A DNA stretch of 38,874 bases from a virus (taxonomy: Duplodnaviria; Heunggongvirae; Uroviricota; Caudoviricetes). A model generated the notes under the pieces. It was not told the origin of the DNA. It did not search any database and worked only from the letters and a program-made list of their open reading frames with translations. Positions 23,290 to 31,816 of this stretch are shown here, piece by piece (within the stretch, counting starts at the first letter, position 1; each line of letters opens with the position of its first letter). The position numbers and the translations under genes were made by a program. The DNA lies in IMG/VR virus record IMGVR_UViG_643692022_000007; one strand, written 5' to 3'.

Positions 23290-23897
23290 GCGGCCTCACT
23301 TCTGCTATTTCGCAGGTCTTTGAGTTTCTGTTGGTACTCTGCCTTGATCGCCTTGCACTCTTCGATAGTCCAGCGATGGCGGTTATGGTTTGATTCGATT
23401 TCGTCTACTGCTTCCTGCCCGATGCGATTAATCAGTTCGACGCGATACGGAACGAGATTTCCGCTTTTGTGCTGGTTGCACACCACGCATTGCTTGTGAA
23501 TATTGCGTTCATCAAATCGGAGTTGAGGCGCCGCAGCAGTTGTCCGGTAATGCCCGGCATCCCACTGAGCAGACGTGAGCGTTCCGCACGAGATACATGG
23601 TAAGTCGCGGTCTCTTTCTCTGATGAAGGCGTTTACGGCTTGTTGGGCTTGTTTAATCCAGTAACTGCGGGGCTTTAAGGCGAGTTTTCGAATCTTAAGT
23701 TTATCTTTCTGTTTCTGCTCCTCTCGTCGTCGTTTCTTCTCTGCTGCCTTTTCCGCTTTTTCGCGTTCTTTACTTCGTCGTTCGAGTGCTATCTTGGTTC
23801 CACACTCTGGAGAGCACCACCACTGATTAGCGAATGCAGGGTGAAACCATTCCCGGCATTCATCGTTTTTACATCGTCTTCGCGCTGGTTTAGCCAT
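23286..23897 (-). CDS. ninG: NinG (Rap recombination endonuclease)
   Basis: 203 aa, matching remembered lambda NinG ([41 protein letters not shown]...). Confidence 0.85.
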   Translation of the reverse strand: MAKPARRRCKNDECREWFHPAFANQWWCSPECGTKIALERRSKEREKAEKAAEKKRRREEQKQKDKLKIRKLALKPRSYWIKQAQQAVNAFIRERDRDLPCISCGTLTSAQWDAGHYRTTAAAPQLRFDERNIHKQCVVCNQHKSGNLVPYRVELINRIGQEAVDEIESNHNRHRWTIEECKAIKAEYQQKLKDLRNSRSEAA

Positions 23898-24282
23898 GAC
23901 GTCTCCCCCATTTCTCTTGGCATCTCCTCAACCACACTCGCATATTTTGGCTGGTAATATCGGTATGCTCTCCGCTGTATTCCTTTTGTGAGTGCTTGCA
24001 TCTCACATAAACAAATACGGCAAGCAATGGATATGCGAATAACAAAATAAATAACAGAGCTGTAGCAACAGATACTTTCACAAAAAATGCAGGCAACTCT
24101 CTGACCTGATAGTCTGGAAAATCCAAGAATTCATCGATTATGTTGTTAGCAACATTGGTAGTTGCAATACATGCGACTGACAGACAATCAAAATAATTAA
24201 AGTCATATCCAGCCGCAGCAGCCCATGTTGGATTGTCTTGAAAATGTTTAAACGTTATTTGTCCGTATCGGCTAATCACCAT
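23890..24282 (-). CDS. Hypothetical membrane protein inserted between ninF and ninG
   Basis: 130-aa ORF with one strongly hydrophobic helix ([19 protein letters not shown]); overlaps the ninF stop and ninG start; AT-richer than flanks. No such gene in the lambda or P22 nin regions as I remember them. Confidence 0.45.
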   Translation of the reverse strand: MVISRYGQITFKHFQDNPTWAAAAGYDFNYFDCLSVACIATTNVANNIIDEFLDFPDYQVRELPAFFVKVSVATALLFILLFAYPLLAVFVYVRCKHSQKEYSGEHTDITSQNMRVWLRRCQEKWGRRHG

Positions 24283-24451
24283 CGTCTTCTTCCTCGTACA
24301 TTGAGCTATTCGGATCGCTCATCAGTTCTGCACAGCAGTGCTCACACACGTGAACTTCCAGCACATGCAGCTTCTGACCGCAGTTATCGCACGTTAAAGC
24401 TCGCTCGACGCTTTCTTTCTGGTATTGAAGGGATTGGGATGGGCTAAGCAT
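24272..24451 (-). CDS. ninF: NinF
   Basis: Hand-translated 59-aa [62 protein letters not shown], matching remembered lambda NinF. Below the track cutoff. Confidence 0.7.
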   Translation of the reverse strand: MLSPSQSLQYQKESVERALTCDNCGQKLHVLEVHVCEHCCAELMSDPNSSMYEEEDDGD

Positions 24452-24834
24452 TATTGGATTCTCCGCATCATGAGAAAGACAATCATGGCGGCACGGAGTG
24501 GATTGTCATATGCGACACCAACATTCGGTCCGGCATCATCAAACAAGTCCCTTGCGTTGTCTGTAGCGCACGGCATTGAGGGATTGTCTAAAATTATGCT
24601 GATGTTGTTTTCAGTGATAATCGGCCATGCGTCTGCTGGGTTTGCGCATGGGTTAAAGGATCCGCGCTCAACTTCTACTTCAACTGCGTCTCCGTTTACA
24701 ATGTCTCCCTCAAATGAGATAAACACCATCGCGCCATTCTCACCTTCTTTGTAATCCGGTGATCCGTTATGAATGGCTTCGAATACTGCCACGTTAATTT
24801 CAAAATCACTTAACTGTGAATAATCCATTGTCAT
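24451..24834 (-). CDS. Hypothetical acidic protein between ninE and ninF (the P22 ninX position)
   Basis: Start [28 protein letters not shown]... overlaps the ninE stop (ATGA); product about 127 aa; function unknown. Confidence 0.5.
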   Translation of the reverse strand: MTMDYSQLSDFEINVAVFEAIHNGSPDYKEGENGAMVFISFEGDIVNGDAVEVEVERGSFNPCANPADAWPIITENNISIILDNPSMPCATDNARDLFDDAGPNVGVAYDNPLRAAMIVFLMMRRIQ

Positions 24835-25007
24835 TTCCTCGCACGATGTCTTAGCCACCGGATATCCCACAGGTGAGCCGTGTAGTTGAATGTTTTTACG
24901 TCAGATTCTTTTGGGATTGGCTTGCGTTTATTTCTGGAGCGTTTCGTTGGAAGGTATTTGCAGTTTTCGCAGATGATGTCGGTGATACTTCGTCGCTGTC
25001 GTCTCAT
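24831..25007 (-). CDS. ninE: NinE
   Basis: Hand-translated 58-aa [61 protein letters not shown], matching remembered lambda NinE; ATGA overlaps on both sides. Confidence 0.7.
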   Translation of the reverse strand: MRRQRRSITDIICENCKYLPTKRSRNKRKPIPKESDVKTFNYTAHLWDIRWLRHRARK

Positions 25008-25420
25008 TCGTACCTCCTGTCGGTAAATCTGACACCATGACCAATAGCCCAGGCTGTTGTGTACTCGATAAGACTTGCCATACGCTTCACACTCATCTGC
25101 GCGCTGCTTTCGCGAATGTTGACGTATTCGCCTTCAAGCCCGGGAAAAACATCAGCTTCCTGTTTTGTTGCCACTGCATGACCGCTAATCAACAAAACCT
25201 TCCATTGTTCCGGTTTTAACCATTTGCCGCACCATTGAACCTGACGAGCGATATCCGCCAGCATCGCGTGAAATTTTGCGTTCTGGTCAAGGTTGCGCTT
25301 GTAGTCAGTAATGCGGATGGTAACTGGCTTGTCTTTATCGAGTGGTGTTGCGAGGATGGCGTTGATTGCGGCTTGCTGTTGTTGTTTACCACGGAGGAAG
25401 ATTGTTTGCTTCATCGTCAC
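25004..25420 (-). CDS. ninB: NinB-like (Orf family recombination mediator)
   Basis: 138 aa; the segment [35 protein letters not shown] resembles remembered lambda NinB (RSLDQNRKLWACLGDVSRQVEWHGRWL). Confidence 0.6.
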   Translation of the reverse strand: MTMKQTIFLRGKQQQQAAINAILATPLDKDKPVTIRITDYKRNLDQNAKFHAMLADIARQVQWCGKWLKPEQWKVLLISGHAVATKQEADVFPGLEGEYVNIRESSAQMSVKRMASLIEYTTAWAIGHGVRFTDRRYE

Positions 25421-25713
25421 TCCTTCACTTTGACTCCAGCAGCGCGGATGTTTTCCTCATAAGCATCCATTCCATCACCGAAGCCATTGGAATAATCAAC
25501 AGTAAACCCTTTGGCTAAGGCTTCTCTGCTGTCGATAAACTTTGGCGCGGTTATTTCAATAGCTGCTCGCGATGCCTGCCATGCCTCCCATGCAATCTCA
25601 ACCTTGATGTGCATAATCTTCATCACGTCACTTGAAACGTGATATTTGTTTTTAAACCATTCTTCAAACTGCTTTCTTGATTCGTCCATATCAATCCCCG
25701 TTAGTCGTTTCAC
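25417..25713 (-). CDS. Hypothetical protein (start uncertain)
   Basis: 98-aa ORF, translationally coupled to ninB; no domain recognised. Confidence 0.4.
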   Translation of the reverse strand: MKRLTGIDMDESRKQFEEWFKNKYHVSSDVMKIMHIKVEIAWEAWQASRAAIEITAPKFIDSREALAKGFTVDYSNGFGDGMDAYEENIRAAGVKVKE

Positions 25714-25912
25714 TCACGAATCTGACAAAACCAGCCATGTTAATTTGCATGAGTTTTTTCAACACCTTGTCTCTTCGACTACGTTTTTGTTTTGGCCTGT
25801 GGTTGAATCTTTCACAAACTGGAAGGCTTGATGATTTCCAGTACCTATTTCGCCTTGCTCCATCTTCCGCCATATCAGCATGAATAAGGTCTGCGAGTGT
25901 GCTCATATTCAT
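25691..25912 (-). CDS. Hypothetical basic protein
   Basis: 73-aa ORF in the operon between helicase and nin genes. Confidence 0.35.
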   Translation of the reverse strand: MNMSTLADLIHADMAEDGARRNRYWKSSSLPVCERFNHRPKQKRSRRDKVLKKLMQINMAGFVRFVSETTNGD

Positions 25913-25920
25913 CTCTCCAG

Positions 25921-26103
25921 TTACATTGGTTTTGTAATGTTGCTAGTCATCGTTCGAATAACAAAATGCGTAAGTAACCTTGCTTTCCACATGTAAATCT
26001 CTTCAAGGCGAGATAAATCTACGAATACCGGACCTTTGTAATCTGGTCTCGATGCCCTTATGTATGAGCTAATAGTTTGTGCATCTTGCTCGTCAAGATT
26101 CAT
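25921..26103 (-). CDS. Hypothetical protein
   Basis: 60-aa ORF in the same operon. Confidence 0.3.
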   Translation of the reverse strand: MNLDEQDAQTISSYIRASRPDYKGPVFVDLSRLEEIYMWKARLLTHFVIRTMTSNITKPM

Positions 26104-26296
26104 GACTTCCCTCTCTAACAGACTTCAGATTATTCCACTCCGTTACCGCACTGCGATAATTCGCGGCCGCCACAGCAGCGTGGTTAGCGCAGTAGATTTG
26201 GCACCCGTTCTCCATGTCGAATATTGTCGGTGATTTTCCGCATTTACATTTTTTGGCACGCGGTGCGTCTGAACACATTCCGTTAACGGTGTCCAT
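26093..26296 (-). CDS. Hypothetical Cys-rich small protein
   Basis: 67 aa with CKCG...C...C spacing suggestive of a small metal-binding fold; first ORF after the terminator below the helicase gene. Confidence 0.4.
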   Translation of the reverse strand: MDTVNGMCSDAPRAKKCKCGKSPTIFDMENGCQIYCANHAAVAAANYRSAVTEWNNLKSVREGSHES

Positions 26297-26321
26297 CAGG
26301 ATCCCCCTCGTTCTTAATCCA

Positions 26322-26350
26322 ATAAAAAAGGGCTACTGTGTAAATAGCCC
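26322..26350 (-). terminator. Rho-independent terminator between the replication and nin modules (tR2-like position)
   Basis: Minus-strand hairpin GGGCTA-tttacacag-TAGCCC followed by TTTTTTATTGG. Confidence 0.7.
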
Positions 26351-26377
26351 CTGTTATTAGCTCAGTGATGTAGATGG

Positions 26378-27754
26378 TCATACGTCAGCCCCTTGTGCAT
26401 ATCGTCTGCCACGTGCACCGGGTGCATTTGATGTTGTGCAAATCTGTCTGGCTTCATCCTGGTCACATGCAACAAAGTGTCCGTTGCAGAACTGCTGGTA
26501 AACCGTACCAAGCGAGCCAAAACGGTTTTTCGTCACGATGATTTCAGCAAATGGCGCGGCGCTACTGTTCTCGTCATATACAGCTTCCCGATAGAGCATG
26601 ATGATTGAGTCTGCGTCCTGTTCAATGCTTCCTGAATCACGCAAATCTGCGTTTGTCGGGCGTTTGTTTGGTCGCTTCTCAACATCGCGCGAAAGCTGAC
26701 TTAGGGAGATAACAGGCGTTTTCAGGTCTTTCGCCATCGCCTTCAGGCTTCCGGAGATGTGAGCAATTGCGAGGTCGTTGCGATCTGCTTTCGGCTTCTC
26801 AATCAGGCCAAGATAATCCGCCATGATGAGTGACAGGTTTGGATTTTCCTGTTTATGCCGTTCTGCGATTGAGCGTATTTCTTCGACCGATAACCGCGAG
26901 GCATCGACTACCCATACATCCAAATCCGCAAGCTGACTCATGCCGTTAGCAACACGTGCCCAGCCCTCGTCATCCATCGATGCAGGATTTCGCAGTACGC
27001 TAACCGACATCCTCCCGGCGTTGGCAATGCTTCGTTCTGCAATCTGCAATGCGCTCATTTCCATCGAGAAAATCAACACTCCTCGCCGGACGTCAGAACC
27101 AGGAATAACGCGGCTTGCAACGCCTTCGGCAATCTTCAGCGCCAGCTCGGTTTTACCCATACCAGGACGAGCAGCGATTATCACCAGGTCTTCCGCGTTC
27201 ATCCCTCCGGTGATGGCATCAAGTTCTTCGATTCCGGTCTTCAGGGTATCGGACTCTTCTCCGTTCCTCAGACGCCTGTCAAGCGTGTCAGTGTAGTCAG
27301 TGATGATTTCACCCAACCGTACAGGTTTAACCTCGTCACGGGGCTTTCTGATGGCTGAGAGACGCTTTACAAGTTCATCCATCGCCTGACTCGATGCGTC
27401 GATGGTTCCGCTCTGAATTGGTTCACGCATTTCATCCATGATTTCCAGCACCAGACGGCGGTGATAGTTATCCGCGACCATTCCGGCATATCCCTTCAGG
27501 TTTGCGGCACTCGGGCAGTTTTTGCTGGTCATCAGGATTGACGTGAAATGCTCCTCTCCGCACGCCTCGGCAACCATCAGCGCGTCGATTAGGTTTCTGT
27601 TTCGCGCCTGCTTGCGGATAACCTCGAAGGCTTTCCGGTAGAGCGGAATTGAAAACGCTTCCGGCTCAAGCGTTGCCAGAACGTCACTGGCAGTTGGTGT
27701 TAATCCACCAATCAGCAGGCCACCGATAACGCTCGCTTCGATATCCTGTTTCAT
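26378..27754 (-). CDS. Replicative DNA helicase, DnaB family (P22 gene 12-like)
   Basis: 458 aa with a Walker A motif ([12 protein letters not shown]) and DnaB-like architecture; directly downstream of the O-like gene. Confidence 0.9.
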   Translation of the reverse strand: MKQDIEASVIGGLLIGGLTPTASDVLATLEPEAFSIPLYRKAFEVIRKQARNRNLIDALMVAEACGEEHFTSILMTSKNCPSAANLKGYAGMVADNYHRRLVLEIMDEMREPIQSGTIDASSQAMDELVKRLSAIRKPRDEVKPVRLGEIITDYTDTLDRRLRNGEESDTLKTGIEELDAITGGMNAEDLVIIAARPGMGKTELALKIAEGVASRVIPGSDVRRGVLIFSMEMSALQIAERSIANAGRMSVSVLRNPASMDDEGWARVANGMSQLADLDVWVVDASRLSVEEIRSIAERHKQENPNLSLIMADYLGLIEKPKADRNDLAIAHISGSLKAMAKDLKTPVISLSQLSRDVEKRPNKRPTNADLRDSGSIEQDADSIIMLYREAVYDENSSAAPFAEIIVTKNRFGSLGTVYQQFCNGHFVACDQDEARQICTTSNAPGARGRRYAQGADV

Positions 27755-28698
27755 GCAATCCCCCTGTCTGCAAACTTCCCTTCACGAACTCCCGTTAACG
27801 AATCTTCTCTCAGCAGGTAATCAAAATCGGCCGTCCAGCCAGTGTCGTTGTCTCCGAAGTAAAACGGCTTGGCCTGATGTACAAACGCCCTGACATACGC
27901 TCTGAAACCGTCCACGTTTGGCGTTTTCAGTTGCGGGATGATTTTCTTCAGGCGGCGTTTGCGTTTCTCGTTGACCGCAACAGCGTGTGGCAGTCTGTCA
28001 CCGACTTCGGTGTTGTAGGCGTTCAGGAAGGATTCGTAGTCGATTCGTTCTGCCTTGCGACGTTCAGGTTTAACCTTCCCATCACCTCCCCCATTGGGGG
28101 GTAGGGGGGTATTATTTATATTCTTGTTAATACCTTCTTGTTCATGATGTGCGGTTGTTTGTGCGGCTTCATGTGCGCTTTCATGTGCGGCATGTACTCT
28201 GAAAGCCGCGCCATTGCTGGCTTCGTCATGTGCGTCATCATGTGCGGTTGTTTGTGCGGCTTCATGTGCGGGTGAATTGTTCATTTTTTGAGCGTATTCA
28301 TGGTAATTTGTGACGGTGATCACACGACCTTTTTGCTTCTCTCCATCAATGGAGATCATCCCCTCTTTCACAAAAACCTGAAGCATCCGCTCAACCTGAT
28401 CACGGCTTGCCGGCTTGCCATGCCTGTCGCATAACTGAAGACCTAAATCAGCTGCTGTCACAACCAGTTGACCGGGTTGCAGATGCCATTCATGACCTTT
28501 GAAATTCGCTTTGTATGGCTTTCTGGCGGCATTCAGGAGAAGGTTTTCCCACAGGGTGCGAAGATAAACATCTTTCGCCCATGACTGTTTCAGAATGCTC
28601 CGGTACAACGGAATGTAACCAGTTTTCTGGTTCTCCATCCTGTTGCTCCTGCGCTCGTGTGCGGCGCTGAAATCGTAGATTTTTGCTGTATTGCTCAT
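27751..28698 (-). CDS. Replication initiation protein (lambda O / P22 gene 18 analogue) containing the origin iterons
   Basis: 315 aa; N-terminus [10 protein letters not shown] resembles lambda O (MTNTAKILNF); internal repeated peptide [10 protein letters not shown] arises from DNA iterons within the gene. Confidence 0.8.
   Translation of the reverse strand: MSNTAKIYDFSAAHERRSNRMENQKTGYIPLYRSILKQSWAKDVYLRTLWENLLLNAARKPYKANFKGHEWHLQPGQLVVTAADLGLQLCDRHGKPASRDQVERMLQVFVKEGMISIDGEKQKGRVITVTNYHEYAQKMNNSPAHEAAQTTAHDDAHDEASNGAAFRVHAAHESAHEAAQTTAHHEQEGINKNINNTPLPPNGGGDGKVKPERRKAERIDYESFLNAYNTEVGDRLPHAVAVNEKRKRRLKKIIPQLKTPNVDGFRAYVRAFVHQAKPFYFGDNDTGWTADFDYLLREDSLTGVREGKFADRGIA
28140..28280. repeat. 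ori: Candidate replication origin: array of direct repeats (iterons) with adjacent G-run/AT-rich segment
   Basis: Roughly 36-bp unit catgatgtgcggttgtttgtgcggcttcatgtgcg present twice (about 28141 and 28239); six or more copies of tcatgtgcg-like core; followed at about 28083-28140 by gggggg runs and AT-rich sequence. Confidence 0.65.
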
Positions 28699-28700
28699 AA

Positions 28701-28973
28701 CTACCTGCCTTGACGAAAGACCTTAAGAACATCGTTAAACTGACTTACGGATATGTCTTCTTTGAGCAGCTTTTCCAGAAATGCGTTTGGAATGAACGTA
28801 TATCCCTCCTCTTTTGGTAGAGACGGGAGCAACGCCCTTGCCTCAGCCTTCAGAAGCTCAGTTCTGGCAACTTTCACAAAAGAGATTTGAGTTCTTTCAT
28901 CAATGGAACGAAGGAAGCGCAAACGCTTAACTTCTTTGTGTGTATCAGGTGGATTAAAGCCTTTGTTTCGCAT
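28701..28973 (-). CDS. Hypothetical protein between cII and the initiator gene
   Basis: About 90 aa from MRNKGFNPPDTHKEVKRLRFLRS..., GAGGT about 7 nt upstream of the ATG; no equivalent in lambda. Confidence 0.4.
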   Translation of the reverse strand: MRNKGFNPPDTHKEVKRLRFLRSIDERTQISFVKVARTELLKAEARALLPSLPKEEGYTFIPNAFLEKLLKEDISVSQFNDVLKVFRQGR

Positions 28974-29048
28974 ATAATTACCTCGTTGGATGTTGTTAAA
29001 ATTCCATTTGTATTTGATCAGAACGCTCGGTTGCCGCCGGGCGTTTTT
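28972..29048 (+). ncRNA. oop: OOP-like antisense RNA overlapping the 3' end of cII
   Basis: Plus-strand GATCAGAACGCTCGGTTGCCGCCGGGCGTTTTTTATTGGTGAG matches the remembered 3' end and terminator of lambda OOP RNA, antisense to cII. The 5' end is inferred. Confidence 0.6.
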
Positions 29049-29292
29049 TATTGGTGAGTCCATCAAGCGCATACTTAAAAGCCCTGCTAATCGGACTGAT
29101 GTCTGATGCCATTCCAAAAGCACACAGGACCGAAGCAATAAACCTCCAGTCCGTTCTGCTTATCTTCGATTCATGACAGCCAATCATCTTTGCCAGACCG
29201 CGCTGGGTAAGCGTTGACAGGTTGATGAGTAAATCTGTTTCTGCGCGATCAACGTCACGCTGTGATAGTTTGCTGTAACTTGTTTGTTCCAT
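28996..29292 (-). CDS. cII: CII transcriptional activator
   Basis: 98 aa; C-terminus TNKKRPAATERSDQIQMEF matches lambda CII almost exactly; N-terminal HTH region diverged. Confidence 0.85.
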   Translation of the reverse strand: MEQTSYSKLSQRDVDRAETDLLINLSTLTQRGLAKMIGCHESKISRTDWRFIASVLCAFGMASDISPISRAFKYALDGLTNKKRPAATERSDQIQMEF

Positions 29293-29356
29293 TTCTTACT
29301 ATTTCCATAGGTAAATAATCACTAATACTCATCTTTCGATGAGTGCTTAATTAGTT

Positions 29357-29391
29357 ACCGCGTTGTCGGCGGTGCAGATTGATAAAGAGCG
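29357..29391 (-). promoter_or_regulatory. nutR: nutR (boxA plus boxB) between cro and cII
   Basis: Minus-strand boxA CGCTCTTTA and boxB hairpin ACCGCCGACAACGCGGT, which resembles P22-type boxB. Confidence 0.65.
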
Positions 29392-29398
29392 GTGTTAC

Positions 29399-29626
29399 TT
29401 ATGCAGCCAGAAGGTTCTTTTTACTTATTTCAAGCATTTCGCTTGCTTGATATTTGCCACCAGAAATCTCTTCGATTTTTGAGGCGTATTTCGTTTTCCC
29501 AAAAAACTCAGTCTTAGGGAGGAAGCCGTTTTTGAGCCACTTATAGACAGCCCTTTCGCTAACTCCACAAGCCTTCGCAACTTCAGGTATGCCGACACCT
29601 TTAATCGGCTCATCAAGATTTTGCAT
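29399..29626 (-). CDS. cro: Cro-like repressor (HTH)
   Basis: First gene rightward of the divergent operator region; from MQNLDEPIKGVGIPEVAKACGVSERAVYKWLKNGFLPK... about 75 aa with a clear HTH. Confidence 0.7.
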   Translation of the reverse strand: MQNLDEPIKGVGIPEVAKACGVSERAVYKWLKNGFLPKTEFFGKTKYASKIEEISGGKYQASEMLEISKKNLLAA

Positions 29627-29704
29627 AGGAATGTCCTTTTTCGTACTTTCAGTACGCATTATGATTGAACTGAAAGTTTTTGCAAGTGCTTTAGTATCGT
29701 ACTC
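29627..29704. promoter_or_regulatory. Divergent OR / pR / pRM control region with repeated operator-like motifs
   Basis: 78-bp gap between divergent cro and cI. Contains palindrome CGTACTTTCAGTACG, a related inverted copy AACTGAAAGTT, and another CGTACT abutting the cI ATG. No SD before cI, consistent with a leaderless transcript. Confidence 0.65.
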
Positions 29705-30412
29705 ATGGTTCAGAATGAAAAAGTGCGCAAAGAATTCGCCCAGCGGCTAGCGCAAGCCTGTAAAGAAGCTGGTCTTGATGAACATGGTAGGGGAATGGCT
29801 ATAGCCCGTGCCCTTTCTCTTTCGTCCAAAGGCGTTAGCAAATGGTTTAATGCTGAGTCTTTACCGCGTCAGGAAAAAATGAATGCGCTTGCGAAATTTC
29901 TAAACGTTGATGTTGTTTGGCTTCAGCACGGCACTTCCTTAAATGGAGCGAATGATGAAGATACTCTTTCATTTGTTGGCAAATTAAAAAAAGGGTTAGT
30001 GCGCGTGGTTGGTGAGGCAATTCTTGGTGTTGATGGTGCCATCGAGATGACCGAAGAACGCGATGGGTGGCTCAAGATTTATAGCGATGATCCAGATGCC
30101 TTTGGCCTTCGTGTAAAAGGAGATAGCATGTGGCCTAGAATAAAATCAGGAGAATATGTACTCATTGAGCCTAACACCAAAGTATTCCCTGGTGATGAGG
30201 TGTTTGTCAGAACCATCGAAGGACACAACATGATCAAGATTCTTGGCTATGACAGAGATGGAGAATACCAATTTACAAGCATCAACCAGGACCACAGGCC
30301 AATAACGTTGCCTTATCATCAAGTAGCAAAAGTGGAGTATGTGGCTGGTATTCTGAAGCAATCTCGCCATCTGGATGACATCGAGGCAAGGGAATGGCTG
30401 AGAGATTCCTGA
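29705..30412 (+). CDS. cI: CI-type repressor (N-terminal HTH, C-terminal S24/LexA-like autopeptidase)
   Basis: 235 aa; HTH-like N-terminus; C-terminal domain with GDSM serine motif (VKGDSMWPRI) and downstream Lys, as in LexA/CI self-cleaving repressors. Confidence 0.9.
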   Translation: MVQNEKVRKEFAQRLAQACKEAGLDEHGRGMAIARALSLSSKGVSKWFNAESLPRQEKMNALAKFLNVDVVWLQHGTSLNGANDEDTLSFVGKLKKGLVRVVGEAILGVDGAIEMTEERDGWLKIYSDDPDAFGLRVKGDSMWPRIKSGEYVLIEPNTKVFPGDEVFVRTIEGHNMIKILGYDRDGEYQFTSINQDHRPITLPYHQVAKVEYVAGILKQSRHLDDIEAREWLRDS

Positions 30413-30518
30413 CATCAAAGTCATAGAGTGAGTTTTCTAGTTAGAAATAGTGGTCAATGGGTACGCTTAGGTAAACCGTTTAAACATAATAAACAAGCCA
30501 TATAAGATGAAATAAATC

Positions 30519-30896
30519 ATGAGCGATAAAGAGTTTAAAGTACTTAATTTTGATGATTTTGCTCATTATTTGAGCACATTGAACGGCGAACAAATTTGTC
30601 CAATGTGTATGGAAGAGTCATGGACGCTTTTCACCCCAAACAAGCTTCCTCCAGAAGACGAGGATAGGTATGTAATAAGTTCTATCCCAGGATCACTTAT
30701 TTCAAGTAAAAAACCTGAAAAATCAAATCTCTTCTTCAGAAGTTACAACAACGATGTCCTCCTGATGCAATGCAGAAATTGTGGATACATGGCATTTTTT
30801 AATTATAAAAAAGTCCAAGAAAACCTTGAATCAGGGGATTATATAAAAAAAGAAGATATAGATATGGTGGATGAAAATGACAAATCAGAAGACTGA
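30519..30896 (+). CDS. Hypothetical small zinc-ribbon-like protein (immunity-region moron, gene A)
   Basis: 125 aa; two CxxC pairs (CPMC at about residue 27, CRNC at about 85); acidic C-terminal tail; strongly AT-rich; first gene downstream of cI on the same strand. Confidence 0.6.
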   Translation: MSDKEFKVLNFDDFAHYLSTLNGEQICPMCMEESWTLFTPNKLPPEDEDRYVISSIPGSLISSKKPEKSNLFFRSYNNDVLLMQCRNCGYMAFFNYKKVQENLESGDYIKKEDIDMVDENDKSED

Positions 30897-31356
30897 TTTC
30901 TTCCGTCCAATGGAGTATGATAATAACTATGAGCAATTTGGTGTTATAGAAGCACACAGGAATGGTCGTTCTACTCCGTCATATCAGCCAGGCACCATTG
31001 GTAAGGATATCCCGGTTATTATTGCGCATAAGTTAAGCGATCAACCAGCAGGGGGTGAGCCACAGATGAGCGTAAAATCACTGTCACGTTGGGAGTTTTG
31101 GCTAGGGATTTTCACTGCCATTATTGGGATATTTTCCATTGTTGTAGGAGCAACGTGGACAATTTCTAATAATATCAATGATAAGATTAATGCATCAAGA
31201 CAAGAGCTAACCGGGAACATCCAATCCAGTCGAGCAGAAATCACGGCAAGAATTGACAGGCTCGAAGATAAGATGGAGTCTAATTTCAAAGAAACATCAT
31301 CGAATCTGTTCAAAATACAGGCAATTCTAGAAGCAAAATCCGACAAAGAAAAATAA
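30871..31356 (+). CDS. Hypothetical single-pass membrane protein with C-terminal coiled coil (immunity-region moron, gene B)
   Basis: 161 aa; MKM N-terminus; one TM helix (WEFWLGIFTAIIGIFSIVVGATW); heptad-like C-terminus; overlaps gene A by 26 nt; followed by a terminator. Confidence 0.6.
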   Translation: MKMTNQKTDFFRPMEYDNNYEQFGVIEAHRNGRSTPSYQPGTIGKDIPVIIAHKLSDQPAGGEPQMSVKSLSRWEFWLGIFTAIIGIFSIVVGATWTISNNINDKINASRQELTGNIQSSRAEITARIDRLEDKMESNFKETSSNLFKIQAILEAKSDKEK

Positions 31357-31363
31357 GAAAGTC

Positions 31364-31388
31364 CGGCCTCAGCGCCGGGTTTTCTTTG
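31364..31388 (+). terminator. Rho-independent terminator after the moron pair
   Basis: Hairpin CCGGC-ctcagc-GCCGG followed by GTTTTCTTTG, right after the gene B stop. Confidence 0.6.
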
Positions 31389-31539
31389 CCTTACGATCCC
31401 CACACCTAATAACACCTTAACCAATTGTATTTATTGAAAAATTGATAGATACAACTTGCTAAACCACGCAATTCTGATCCCTGCAGCATAACCTTCATCC
31501 GCAACATTTACAAAAATAAATTTCCTTATATATCAAAAT

Positions 31540-31660
31540 CATATTTCGTATAGTTAATAAATCACAAACAATTCGTACCAATAGTTCTTGATAATATCGA
31601 ACTATTGGTTCATTATTATCGCCATCAGCAGGACGCTGGTAGCCAAACGGAACAGATTGG
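31540..31660 (+). promoter_or_regulatory. Candidate OL / pL region upstream of nutL and N
   Basis: AT-rich gap containing an 11-bp perfect inverted repeat ACCAATAGTTC(n11)GAACTATTGGT and CGTAC motifs shared with OR; GATAAT and TATAGT -10-like hexamers. Exact promoter not resolved. Confidence 0.4.
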
Positions 31661-31663
31661 CAG

Positions 31664-31697
31664 GCTCTTTAACTTCGATGGGGCGCTGACAAAGCGC
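31664..31697 (+). promoter_or_regulatory. nutL: nutL (boxA plus boxB)
   Basis: boxA-like GCTCTTTAAC followed 10 nt later by boxB hairpin GCGCTGACAAAGCGC (P22-type), about 120 nt upstream of N. Confidence 0.75.
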
Positions 31698-31816
31698 AAA
31701 CAGATACCAAACGAGATGGGTTTGGCGGTGATGTGAATTGCAGCTGCAACGACAGCAACCAGAAGATCAGCATCTGGCGCATCACCACCAAAGCCATTTC
31801 ACATGAGGAAAATATC

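Noticed and set aside
23789-24001. 70-aa minus-strand ORF overlapping ninG and the 130-aa ORF
   Set aside because: Out-of-frame overlap with two better-supported genes; no SD.
28490-28732. 80-aa minus-strand ORF at the 5' end of the initiator gene
   Set aside because: Alternative frame inside the O-like gene; the initiator frame has the lambda-O-like N-terminus.
31041-31424. 127-aa minus-strand ORF antisense to moron gene B
   Set aside because: Antisense to a coding region with a clear TM/coiled-coil product and runs through the plus-strand terminator; no start context.
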